From NCBI RefSeq assembly GCF_001194135.2, contig NC_068986.1, positions 97,460,986-97,524,985 of the forward strand: DNA of 64,000 nt. The letters are read 5' to 3'. The position numbers and the translations under genes were made by a program. Shown one piece after another: positions 11,662 through 24,209 of the stretch. This DNA is from Octopus bimaculoides (lineage: Eukaryota). Position 1 is the stretch's first letter. Each line of letters begins with the position of its first letter. The notes beneath the pieces are model-generated. The model was not told where the DNA came from, made no database searches, and worked only from the letters and a program-made list of their open reading frames with translations.

Positions 11662-11775
11662 TAATAGGCACGACACAGACATCACGCGTCCAAGGAAATA
11701 CATTGGTTGTACGCGAAATTCCTTTAAGTAACATGTTTCCAATCATAGATCCTTCTTCAGGGTACCGGAAAAGAG
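11460..11775 (+). CDS. Candidate exon, S/A/T/P-rich, ending ...VREIPLSNMFPIIDPSSGYRKR
   Basis: Open frame 11460-11783, ttattcagtag| acceptor, AGAG|gtacgt donor. Much of it is (TCA)n/(GCA)n microsatellite, so openness may be incidental. Confidence 0.25.
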
Positions 11776-12250
11776 GTACGTAACATCGCTGGCCAGCCAT
11801 GTCTCGCAACTAAAGAAAGTTAGAATTCCACACACTGTCTCATGGAAAATCTTCCAGTGACTGGGTCCTTACATCAAATGAACGAAACGCCTCACGCTAT
11901 GCATAGCCGAACGCACAGAAATCCTGAAAAACTCGCACGTACCAGAGACCATTCTATGAACCGTATAATAGCGGTAATAGCGAAAATAACACCACAGCCG
12001 GAAATATATTGCTGATGGGAGAGAGATTGATATCATTCTATTGTTTACCTTCATAGCTGATAGATTACGAAAAGGCCGGAGGCCGATAGCCAGTAGCAAA
12101 GGGAGATAATCCCCTTATTTACATCAGTACCGTTTCACCCTCCATATTTTACAGATGTCATAGGCCAAAAGGTCTTAGGTCCGAAGATACGCCATAAGGG
12201 TATCCTTTATGGCGAGAAACCAAGAGTAATCCTATAAACCGGCTTTAGCC

Positions 12251-12326
<76 letters not shown>

Positions 12327-12434
12327 NNNNNNNNNNNNNNNNNNNNNNNNNNNNNNNNNNNNNNNNNNNNNNNNNNNNNNNNNNNNNNNNNNNNNNNNNN
12401 NNNNNNNNNNNNNNNNNNNNNNNNNNNNNNNNNN

Positions 12435-12481
<47 letters not shown>

Positions 12482-12529
12482 CATACATACATATATGTGT
12501 GTGTATGTGTGTTTGTGTGTGTGTACATA

Positions 12530-13326
12530 TACGTGGTCTGATCAATAGATATCCGGACTTTTGCCATAGTAACGAAGCTAAGACACGGAAAGTAAAGAAG
12601 CTAGGCATAGATTCATCTTGAGCTCTGCTGTGCATGCGCACTGTTTTAACGTTCTAGCTCGCTTCCGCTGCTTAGAAGAAGTCCTTGGAAGGAAGGCGTG
12701 TAGCGTGTGATCGTCACATTAACCACGATAGAAAAAGTTTTGCAGAGAATCTGCATCAAACTTTGCCAAAAGCTTGCCGGTACCTGCTCAGAGGCTTACG
12801 CAAAGTTTTCAAGAAGTTTTCATCGTTCTCGATACAATCAAGGAGACTTTGTGCGACTGAAACCCCAGTGTCTCTTTGGTAAACTGAAAGCAGTTATGGC
12901 ACAAACTTGGAAGACACGCGTCTCATACGCAAATCAATAATATTGGTATGAACTGAATTGTAACTAATCTGCATCCTAATCTGCATCCCCACAGCTGCAC
13001 GCACATCTGCGATGTTTTTCTTAATTCTGCTGGTTGCGGATCCCCCAGAATTTTCGTGTATATCGACATTTTCTCGGCCATATTAGAAACGTCTGAATCA
13101 CTCGTGAACATGTGTGTTACTCATACACTACTTTCGATACACTTTCTGCAACTTTGACTTGGCCTTCCCAGCAATACTGTAAACAGCAGAAGTGCTCTAG
13201 AACAGTAAGACATAGTGTGCATGCATAGCAGAGTTCAAGATCAATCTTTGCCAAGCGACATCACTCTGCGTACTTTAGCGACGTTACCATGGCAAGAGTC
13301 TGGATACTTATTGATCAGACCTCGTA
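12530..13326. mobile_element. Non-autonomous mariner (Tc1/mariner) derivative with internal inversion, copy 1
   Basis: TA-flanked TIRs cgtggtctgatcaata...tccggact and agtctggatacttattgatcagacctcg; the transposase N-terminus QRICIKLCQKLAGTCSEAYAK is on +, later codons are on -. Confidence 0.9.
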
Positions 13327-13789
13327 TATATATTTATGTGTGTGTGTGTGTGTGTATGTGTGTGTGTGTGTGTGTGTGTGTTTGTAATGTACGGATACTG
13401 CTTTCTATCTAAGAATGTTATTAACTATTCTTGCTGTACTGGATTTAACCGTGAAGTAAATCAACGATAATGTTTCATCAAATTAAGTGGCTAGATTGTA
13501 TATAAATCATTGAAATAAGGTTCTTTCTGGGAGATGGTTAGCATCTTTAATGTATATTTTAGGAAAAAAGAGGTTTGAATTTGTGCAGATACGTATAGTG
13601 TGAAATAAATCTTTTTCAATATGGGTAGCATAACATTCAGTGCTTAAAATAATGCCAAGAAGGAAATAACTATTTAAATGTTAGTGTAAATGTTAGTGTT
13701 ATGTACAAGTTTGAAGTTTAAGTCTTTAAATAATTTAATGAGATTTTTCGAACTTATCTCCATTTATGGTTATTCACGTTACGTTGGAT

Positions 13790-14120
13790 TAAATAGCCAT
13801 CAGCGTGGTATAAGCCAACGTATTATAAGGTGAAATAAATTCAATATGAATATAGAGTAAAATATAAAAACAAATTAATTCGAAAATTCTATCAAGCCTT
13901 TTAAAGCAACGCCACACTTCAAAAGAATAAATACCAGTTTCGATTGCCAACAGGTTGTTGTCAACATATAATAGGGATTTTCGTGCATGCATAATGATTT
14001 TAATATCGGATTCACTAATGGAAATGCGATTGCTTGCTAAAGTTAATGCTCTTTGTAGCAAGGATTTGTAATTGCGGGGTAATAATCTTTAATATCGAAG
14101 TGGGTGAATTTGCATTAGTG
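13790..14120 (-). mobile_element. Penelope-like (Neptune-type) RT fragment
   Basis: LQRALTLA...ISESDIKIIMHARKSLLY matches PLE RT L.KAL.FA...IS..DI.IIMHARKSLLF. Confidence 0.8.
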
Positions 14121-14193
14121 TGTGTTTATTGTTGATGTCATTAAACTACTATAGAATAAAAATGCTATTTTCCCATAACGATAAATGGAGAAT

Positions 14194-14254
<61 letters not shown>

Positions 14255-15176
14255 NNNNNNNNNNNNNNNNNNNNNNNNNNNNNNNNNNNNNNNNNNNNNN
14301 NNNNNNNNNNNNNNNNNNNNNNNNNNNNNNNNNNNNNNNNNNNNNNNNNNNNNNNNNNNNNNNNNNNNNNNNNNNNNNNNNNNNNNNNNNNNNNNNNNNN
14401 NNNNNNNNNNNNNNNNNNNNNNNNNNNNNNNNNNNNNNNNNNNNNNNNNNNNNNNNNNNNNNNNNNNNNNNNNNNNNNNNNNNNNNNNNNNNNNNNNNNN
14501 NNNNNNNNNNNNNNNNNNNNNNNNNNNNNNNNNNNNNNNNNNNNNNNNNNNNNNNNNNNNNNNNNNNNNNNNNNNNNNNNNNNNNNNNNNNNNNNNNNNN
14601 NNNNNNNNNNNNNNNNNNNNNNNNNNNNNNNNNNNNNNNNNNNNNNNNNNNNNNNNNNNNNNNNNNNNNNNNNNNNNNNNNNNNNNNNNNNNNNNNNNNN
14701 NNNNNNNNNNNNNNNNNNNNNNNNNNNNNNNNNNNNNNNNNNNNNNNNNNNNNNNNNNNNNNNNNNNNNNNNNNNNNNNNNNNNNNNNNNNNNNNNNNNN
14801 NNNNNNNNNNNNNNNNNNNNNNNNNNNNNNNNNNNNNNNNNNNNNNNNNNNNNNNNNNNNNNNNNNNNNNNNNNNNNNNNNNNNNNNNNNNNNNNNNNNN
14901 NNNNNNNNNNNNNNNNNNNNNNNNNNNNNNNNNNNNNNNNNNNNNNNNNNNNNNNNNNNNNNNNNNNNNNNNNNNNNNNNNNNNNNNNNNNNNNNNNNNN
15001 NNNNNNNNNNNNNNNNNNNNNNNNNNNNNNNNNNNNNNNNNNNNNNNNNNNNNNNNNNNNNNNNNNNNNNNNNNNNNNNNNNNNNNNNNNNNNNNNNNNN
15101 NNNNNNNNNNNNNNNNNNNNNNNNNNNGAAAATCACGGTGGTGCACCAGCATGACCGCAGCCACTTGGCTGAAACC

Positions 15177-15449
15177 CATAAATAAATAAATAAATAAAAT
15201 ATATATATACTTGAATGTATGCTCACATGCATGTATGAATGCTATGTATGTGTGTATGTATGTAAGTATGTATGTGTGTATGTATGTATGCATGTATGTA
15301 TGTATGTATGTATGTATGTATGTATGTTTGTATGTATGTATGTATGTATGTATGTATGTATGTATGTATGTATCTATCTATCTATCTGTCGTACGAATTA
15401 CAAGGTTTCCCATGTCAGATAGACATCTAAATAATTTCATATTAAAAAT
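15177..15449 (+). repeat. Dispersed direct repeat, copy 1 (copy 2 at 21273-21539)
   Basis: The unique flanks of a (TGTA)n tract are identical in both copies. Confidence 0.9.
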
Positions 15450-15654
15450 TCTTCAGCCAAAAGTATTAAGTAATACAATTTTTTAGCTTTGATGAAGCGT
15501 TCATATGCAGATAGAAATCAGGAGCAGCACAGTCAGCCCCCGTGAGAGAAGGGAAGACACAGACAGACACAGATACAGAAACACACACTAATACACCCCC
15601 ACGCGCGCGCACGCACACACTCTCTCTCTCCCAAACACACACACACATTTGCAC

Positions 15655-15687
<33 letters not shown>

Positions 15688-17749
15688 TTTACACTACAGA
15701 CACATGCACTTATATGACACACAGAATGGATATGCGTACAGAATAATACATAAGTACTGCCCTAGGCGGACACAAACAAATTTAAGCCCGTGTATTTCTA
15801 CAAAATTCTGTATATAAAACGTACTCTCATACACAAGTATGCACACACACACACAGACAGATATCCACACGCAAGCACAGAAGCATACATACCACTGCAC
15901 CAAACAACAGGATCCAAAGAAGTATACATGAACACACACACTCACATAAAAACAGATATAAACTCATACACACATATACACAAACTCACACACACACACA
16001 CACACACATATATATACACACTCGACCATCTATCAAATCTAACAATAGCAGAGTGCCAACATAACGCGCACTGAGTCATACATTCCTTATTCTCTTTGTA
16101 TGCTTTAGACTCCGTTGTATCTCTTGGATATTTTTTTTCTGTTGCCTCTCCTTTATCCCATGGACAGCTACCGAAAGAAGCCACTTCATAATCCTAATTA
16201 GGATTATTATAATCTCATTCGTCATTGTTTGAAACGATAGGCGCATGCCATTATTATTTTTAAAGATCGTAGGATGTGAATATTTGATTGCTAACAACTC
16301 TCTCGTTGATTAGAGGCAATGATGTTGTTTCTTCCCACTCCTTTTTGACAAAAGAGCTTCCCATTCAAAGTCATTCCAAACATAACCGTTCCACGATTTA
16401 AAATAATTCCTAGGCATTGCTTCCTCGAAACGTATTGACCAATAGTTTCACTTTTAAAATGCTACAATAAGATTTTGTTTAATCCAACTTCTGGTTCTTT
16501 GAAATTTTCTCCATGTCCTTTCTAATCAGTCACAATTTCAGTTGTACTTTCGTTTGTATTTTCCACTTCTTATTGAACTGAAGAAATACGGTGCAGAGTT
16601 TTTAATAGTTTGTTAATGACTTCATTAGTTTGTACTATTAGCGGCTAATGAAGAAACACCAGCGGCAATGATTTTCACAAACATTCGGAAGTCTTACAAA
16701 TACTATAGACACAGGCCATTCTCCCATATCAGACCAACACAAAAAGGTCGCTGCGTGTGTGTGTATGTGTGTGTGTGTGGGGGGGGGGACAACCATGTGA
16801 GGGAGATCAAACTGCCTCTTGGCTGGTGCTCTGGAAAGAAAGATGTAAGAATAATATAAGAATGGGGCTCGAAGAGAGAGTGACAAAACGGGTGATAGGA
16901 GGCAGGGAAATTATTATGTCGAATGAAATGGCGAGGGTGTCTTACGCAATTTGGTTTCTCCAGTGGAGGATATAATTATATGAGTGGTAGAAATAGATGG
17001 AGGAAACAGCGCATCTAAGGGTACGATATTAAGTTGAATCCATACCAATAGTTCAGGTGGCCTGAAAGCTTTTAAGCCTTTATTGTATTCTATAAATGTT
17101 CTCTGTTTGACCCACCACTACATCTTCAAAATTATGTCCCACCTTACATATTTGCTATAACTACAAGAATTGCAACCAAATTCCCTCGCATTATACTTCA
17201 CCACCATAAGAGAGGACGCATTTAAAATGCCAGTCCTAGATATAACTAGATATAACTAAATCGTGACACTCACTGGTGGAACGTTTTTGACGACATGCAA
17301 GATGAGTCAAATGTGAACCGAGAGATAAAGAAATAGAAGTAAATTAAAGAGACACTGACGTTTGTCACCATATATTGAACATGATATCTACATACGTTCC
17401 TAATCGATTGGTGTAGAAGATTACTTTGGCACATTGTGCAACAATAGAACGAAGTGCCAGTACCATATTGATTGATGCCATATGAGTGAAATAATCGAGG
17501 CGGAAACACGGCGGTAGATTAATGTCTAAATATCATTAAAACTATTTCTTGTCTATCAGTCTCATTGGGCCCCGAGAGATATCAAATGACAGTGAATTTA
17601 CTGGTGAAAATGTTCAATTGATGAACAGCAATGGGATGAGAGAGAATGTGGTGTGGAGGCGTTGCCGTGCAAATTTGCTTTGATGAGTACATGTGCACCT
17701 GTTTCTTCTGCATATCCATCTTCCTCACACAAATGTACGCACACACTTT

Positions 17750-17751
17750 CA

Positions 17752-17799
<48 letters not shown>

Positions 17800-18940
17800 A
17801 TCTATCTATCTATCTATCTCGCTTCTTTTCTTTTTCTTTCTCTGCTTGTTTGTTTTCGTTTTTCTGCGTATTCTCTTCTTCTTCTTCTTCTTCTCCTCCC
17901 TCTTCTTCTTCTTCTTCTTCTTCTTCTTNNNNNNNNNNNNNNNNNNNNNNNNNNNNNNNNNNNNNNNNNNNNNNNNNNNNNNNNNNNNNNNNNNNNNNNN
18001 NNNNNNNNNNNNNNNNNNNNNNNNNNNNNNNNNNNNNNNNNNNNNNNNNNNNNNNNNNNNNNNNNNNNNNNNNNNNNNNNNNNNNNNNNNNNNNNNNNNN
18101 NNNNNNNNNNNNNNNNNNNNNNNNNNNNNNNNNNNNNNNNNNNNNNNNNNNNNNNNNNNNNNNNNNNNNNNNNNNNNNNNNNNNNNNNNNNNNNNNNNNN
18201 NNNNNNNNNNNNNNNNNNNNNNNNNNNNNNNNNNNNNNNNNNNNNNNNNNNNNNNNNNNNNNNNNNNNNNNNNNNNNNNNNNNNNNNNNNNNNNNNNNNN
18301 NNNNNNNNNNNNNNNNNNNNNNNNNNNNNNNNNNNNNNNNNNNNNNNNNNNNNNNNNNNNNTTCTTCCTCTTCCTCTAGCTGCCGCAACTGCACTGCTCC
18401 ACTCCTCTTCATTTACTCCATCACCCCCCCCATTCGTTTCCTCCTTTGCTTCCTAGTACTACTGATCCTCTTTCTCTTTCCCCTTCTCTCTCCTCTCCCT
18501 TCTCTTCATAAATTTCTTTTTGTTTTGTTTTTGTTTTGCCTATTTCTCTTACCTTCGTCCTACTTCTATTGCACCTACTCCACCTGTTCCTCCTGTCTCT
18601 CTTGTTCACCTTCACTTGTTCCCACCTTCTTGTCCTCCCTTACCTGTTCTTCTTCTCCTCCTCCTCCTCCTCCTCCTCATTCGTTTCTTATTTTGTCCTT
18701 CATTTATTCTTTTCCTTCTCCTCCTTCTTCACTTGAGACTCCTCCTATTCCCTCTGTTTTCTCCTTTAACTTCTCGTCCTGCTCCCTCCTATTATTTCTG
18801 GTGCTTCAGTTCCTTCTTCGTTTTCTTCAACCCCTTCCACGTCTACCTGCACCTGTTCCCTCTCCTACTCTTTGTCCTGCATTTGCTCCTCATACCCCGC
18901 CATCTTGATCTTACTCATCTTCTTTTTCTGTACAATACAA
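17750..18940. repeat. Polypyrimidine low-complexity tract (TTTC, CTT, CCT) spanning a gap
   Basis: Visible composition; the long S/L/F-rich ORFs here are artefacts. Confidence 0.9.
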
Positions 18941-19884
18941 TTTATATTAGAAATGTCAACCAAAGAGAAACCTTTGGTGCAACGCTTTCATTTTAGCTTT
19001 GCAACGCAAATCATTGGCAAGAATCCGGATAAAGGAATAAAATTCACGCAAAGTATATCTGCAAGCATAGTGATTTGAGAACGATAATAATTCTATAGTG
19101 GACGTCAAAGTTTATCCTTGAGCGGATTTTACTAAGACATTTACATTATAAATATGGCTGACAAAAATATATGAATATATATATATATATANNNNNNNNN
19201 NNNNNNNNNNNNNNNNNNNNNNNNNNNNNNNNNNNNNNNNNNNNNNNNNNNNNNNNNNNNNNNNNNNNNNNNNNNNNNNNNNNNNNNNNNNNNNNNNNNN
19301 NNNNNNNNNNNNNNNNNNNNNNNNNNNNNNNNNNNNNNNNNNNNNNNNNNNNNNNNNNNNNNNNNNNNNNNNNNNNNNNNNNNNNNNNNNNNNNNNNNNN
19401 NNNNNNNNNNNNNNNNNNNNNNNNNNNNNNNNNNNNNNNNNNNNNNNNNNNNNNNNNNNNNNNNNNNNNNNNNNNNNNNNNNNNNNNNNNNNNNNNNNNN
19501 NNNNNNNNNNNNNNNNNNNNNNNNNNNNNNNNNNNNNNNNNNNNNNNNNNNNNNNNNNNNNNNNNNNNNNNNNNNNNNNNNNNNNNNNNNNNNNNNNNNN
19601 NNNNNNNNNNNNNNNNNNNNNNNNNNNNNNNNNNNNNNNNNNNNNNNNNNNNNNNNNNNNNNNNNNNNNNNNNNNNNNNNNNNNNNNNNNNNNNNNNNNN
19701 NNNNNNNNNNNNNNNNNNNNATATATATATAGCAATGTAGCTACAAGTGTCCTGTTGGTGATTTATTTTCCATCTTAGGCCTCTTTCCTCTCTCTCGTTT
19801 CATCGAGTGTCAAGAAAGTTGGCAACACGATCATATGGTCGATCATATGGGATCATATTATTGTTCGTTAATTTCCGTAAAAAT

Positions 19885-20564
19885 TTAATTTCTATTATGC
19901 TTTGAAGAGAGCAGAAATTGAAAAAGATGAGAAAGTGAAAAGGCGTCATTTGCTTTGAGGAAAAAGTGAAAGAGGTATGTATGTGTATATGAAATGGACG
20001 TTTGTGTATATGTGTGTGTGTGTGTGTGCGCGTGTGTGTGCATGAGAGAGAAAGAGAGAGAAGTTGAGCGAAGGTGTGTGTTGTCATGTATGTATTTCAT
20101 TACATGTATGTGTAAGTGACACTCACTCTCTCTCTCTTACACACGCACACATTATTTTTCATATACACGTACATAAATACATATGTATACATTATTTTTT
20201 GTACGTATGTGTGCGTGTGCATGTGAGAGAGAAAGTGAGTGACTGTATTTCCTCATAACATTTAGAGAAATGGATGTCTTTAAAGGTACACACTCATATA
20301 GAAAATCTGACATCGTCTTCGTTGTTGTATAAAATGTCGTTGAAGGTAATTGAATTATAGAAAGTTTATAATGTTAAATTTTTGTAATGCAAGTATGTAA
20401 ATGAAAATAAATCGTGTTTGTTAGTCGAAAGATTACGTCAAAATCAACACCTTAGTTTTCGAATGTATTCGTTAGTTTCTGTAAAAATTCTTTTACTTCT
20501 TTATGCTTTGAAGAGATCAGAAATTAAAGAAAGTGAAAGGTATATGTACGTGTATATGAAATGA

Positions 20565-20612
<48 letters not shown>

Positions 20613-20766
20613 CTGTGCGTGTGCATAAGAAAGAGGGTATAGATGTGTTGTGTCATGTATGTGTGACACACACTCAGTCTCTCTCTCTATCTCACGGACA
20701 CATCTTTCATATACACATACATAAATACATATGCATACATCTTTTTGGATATATGTGTACGTTTGC

Positions 20767-20809
<43 letters not shown>

Positions 20810-21055
20810 ACTGTATTTCGTCATAACATATAGAGAAATGAATATCTTTTAAGGTACAAACTCATATAGAAAATGTGACGCCGTTGTCGTTGTTGTCGTC
20901 TTGGTATAAAATGTTTACGATAGTAAAGATTATAATATAAATTTTTGTAATGCAAATATGAAAGTGAAAATAAAGGTTACATGATAGGCGTAAAATTACT
21001 AAATCTTTTGATATCCCATACGCCAAAATCGGCAACTCAGTTTTTGAATGCATAA
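19885..21055 (+). repeat. Old tandem duplication, two units of about 560-600 bp (about 19885-20490 and 20495-21055)
   Basis: Collinear shared blocks: tatgctttgaagag, catacataaatacatatg, actgtatttc.tcataacat, aaggtaca.actcatatagaaaat, aatttttgtaatgcaa, acg.caaaatc. Confidence 0.85.
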
Positions 21056-21130
21056 GGAAGATACACACGCGCACACACACACATACAAACTTATTTTCAT
21101 TTATGGAAATGTCCGTGTTTTTCTTTCTCT

Positions 21131-21175
21131 CCGGTATGACAGACTTTAACAATCTGTTAAAGTCTGTCATACCGG
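21131..21175. repeat. Perfect 21-bp inverted repeat with 3-nt loop
   Basis: ccggtatgacagactttaaca-atc-tgttaaagtctgtcataccgg. Confidence 0.95.
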
Positions 21176-21272
21176 CCATGATGAAATACCACAAGGTATA
21201 GAAAATACGTATTCGCCTTTATATATTTAATGCTTTATATTGAACACTCAATATTTCATCTATTCAATAAGA

Positions 21273-21539
21273 CATAAATAAATAAATAAAAAATATATAT
21301 ACTTGAATGTATGCTCACATGCATGTATGAATGCTATGTATGTGTGTATGTATGTAAGTATGTATGTGTGTAGTATGTATGCATGCATGTATGTATTATG
21401 TATGTATGTATGTATGTATGTATGTATGTATGTATGTTTGTATGTATGTATGTATGTATGTATCTATCTATCTATCTGTCGTACGAATTACAAGGTTTCC
21501 CATGTCAGATAGACATCTAAATAATTTCATATTAAAAAT
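21273..21539 (+). repeat. Dispersed direct repeat, copy 2
   Basis: See 15177-15449. Confidence 0.9.
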
Positions 21540-21709
21540 ATATATTAATATATATATTATTATATATATATTATATATATATTATTATATATATATATGT
21601 ATGTATATGTCAGTGCGCTTACGTATTAATGTATTTGCGCATGTGCCTATATGTACATGACTGTGTACATAGGTATGTGTAATGATATGTGTGTAAATAT
21701 ATCTGAACG

Positions 21710-21746
<37 letters not shown>

Positions 21747-22679
21747 CAGAATGGGACAAGAACGCGAAACATCCAGACAGTTATGTCATACAAGAAAGGG
21801 ACAAAACATCCAGATAGACGATACAAAGAAAACACGGACAGGTCATTCGGAGTTTTCTTTCCTCAGTCGAGATCCAGATTATCGTTGCAATTTCGGCTGG
21901 TTATTCTCGATGTTGCTCCAATCTGGCCAGCCCCAAGGAAAAACTACAGGTTCAGTTCTACTTCTTCATTATTAGTCAATTGGTTAAGAACCATTTCAAC
22001 TAACAAATCGATTATTTGTTTAATGCGTTGGTTAAGCAATCAATCCATTATTTGTTTGTTAGTCAAAGTTATATCATAGCTGTTGCAAAATTTTCTGTGA
22101 CTCAGTGACTCGCTGTTTTACTCCAAGTTTCTAAAACAGTCACGAAAATCACAACCAATTGATTGTGTACCGAAGATAACAAACAATCGATTAGTTAGTT
22201 GGTTAGATAGATATTCATCAATCTGACTAGCAATAGAAAAGGACAATTGAACATGTTTGTACATTATTATTATTGACGTAATGAATGTCCAAAATCATTA
22301 CGCCTAATAACAACAAATAGATTGTTTCGTGAACCGCAATCCATCTATTGTTATTTGCTTATCGTTCATCTATTTGCTTGTCATTCACCTAATTCGGAAC
22401 AGGCAATTCGCTTGAATCTGAAGTCTGTCTAGTGCCTTATAATGCGAGCAGTGTTTGAACAACAATGACTCGTACATTCAATCGACTATTTGTAATTGTA
22501 CGCACAACGGGAGTACAGATCACTGTTTAGCCTAGTAAGTACGTATTTCTCTTCAGACATTGTTTGTATACAATAGTGCTATCAAAGACTTGACCTTGGC
22601 GCCTTACTATTTCAGTACCGAATTCGCTTGAATCCTGGTAATTTTTATATACAAGTATTCATGTATGTATGTATGTGTG

Positions 22680-22713
<34 letters not shown>

Positions 22714-22775
22714 TGTATGTATGTATTCGTGTAAGTATGTATGTATGTATGTATGTATGTATGTATGTATGTATG

Positions 22776-22806
<31 letters not shown>

Positions 22807-24175
22807 NNNNNNNNNNNNNNNNNNNNNNNNNNNNNNNNNNNNNNNNNNNNNNNNNNNNNNNNNNNNNNNNNNNNNNNNNNNNNNNNNNNNNNNNNNNNNN
22901 NNNNNNNNNNNNNNNNNNNNNNNNNNNNNNNNNNNNNNNNNNNNNNNNNNNNNNNNNNNNNNNNNNNNNNNNNNNNNNNNNNNNNNNNNNNNNNNNNNNN
23001 NNNNNNNNNNNNNNNNNNNNNNNNNNNNNNNNNNNNNNNNNNNNNNNNNNNNNNNNNNNNNNNNNNNNNNNNNNNNNNNNNNNNNNNNNNNNNNNNNNNN
23101 NNNNNNNNNNNNNNNNNNNNNNNNNNNNNNNNNNNNNNNNNNNNNNNNNNNNNNNNNNNNNNNNNNNNNNNNNNNNNNNNNNNNNNNNNNNNNNNNNNNN
23201 NNNNNNNNNNNNNNNNNNNNNNNNNNNNNNNNNNNNNNNNNNNNNNNNNNNNNNNNNNNNNNNNNNNNNNNNNNNNNNNNNNNNNNNNNNNNNNNNNNNN
23301 NNNNNNNNNNNNNNNNNNNNNNNNNNNNNNNNNNNNNNNNNNNNNNNNNNNNNNNNNNNNNNNNNNTGCGTGTGTGTTTGTGTGTATGTTTGTATAGATA
23401 TTGTGCGTTTGCATGCGTTCGTGTCTGACTTTGGATTGACATCATATAGAAATCGCCTATACTATTTTCTCACGTAACTTAACGCAAAATTTCCTACTAG
23501 TTTATATGACGAAATTGTATAGACATTTGACAGCGTTCAAAATGGCTGAAGAGCGTTTGACTTTCTCGTGAGTCAATGCAGTGTTCTCTCAGAGATATAT
23601 TGCGTATTTCAAGCATGTCTTCAAAGATAGTTTCAAATATAAAAACAGATCCTTAAGCCTTTCACCAGTGTGTATATTTTAAGTATATTCCAGATCTCTC
23701 TCTCTCTCTCCCACCTTTCTCTGTATATACATGTATATGTATGCATGTATGTATGAAAGTATGTATGCATGCATGCATGTATATATGCATGTATGCATGT
23801 ATGTATGTATGTGTGTATGTGTGTACGTGTGTGTAATATATATATATATATATATATATNNNNNNNNNNNNNNNNNNNNNNNNNNNNNNNNNNNNNNNNN
23901 NNNNNNNNNNNNNNNNNNNNNNNNNNNNNNNNNNNNNNNNNNNNNNNNNNNNNNNNNNNNNNNNNNNNNNNNNNNNNNNNNNNNNNNNNNNNNNNNNNNN
24001 NNNNNNNNNNNNNNNNNNNNNNNNNNNNNNNNNNNNNNNNNNNNNNNNNNNNNNNNNNNNNNNNNNNNNNNNNNNNNNNNNNNNNNNNNNNNNNNNNNNN
24101 NNNNNNNNNNNNNNNNNNNNNNNNNNNNNNNNNNNNNNNNNNNNNNNNNNNNNNNNNNNNNNNNNNNNNNNNNNN

Positions 24176-24209
<34 letters not shown>

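Noticed and set aside
11575-11665. Poly-His/poly-Gln transcription-factor-like tract
   Set aside because: The H/Q frame is closed by TAG immediately before and TAA immediately after; the same (CAT)/(CAG) compounds occur in non-coding DNA, e.g. 61750-61790.
17262-17337. HWWNVFDDMQDESNVNREIKK* as a terminal exon
   Set aside because: In-frame stop just upstream and no usable acceptor in that frame.
21651-22079. 142-aa ORF or exon after taatacag
   Set aside because: Starts in a TA repeat, ends in degenerate ttggtt/ttgttt repeats, and has no recognisable motif.
23552-23580. Small hairpin ttgact-N8-agtcaa after CTGAAGA
   Set aside because: No GAAA or stem III; too short to be significant.
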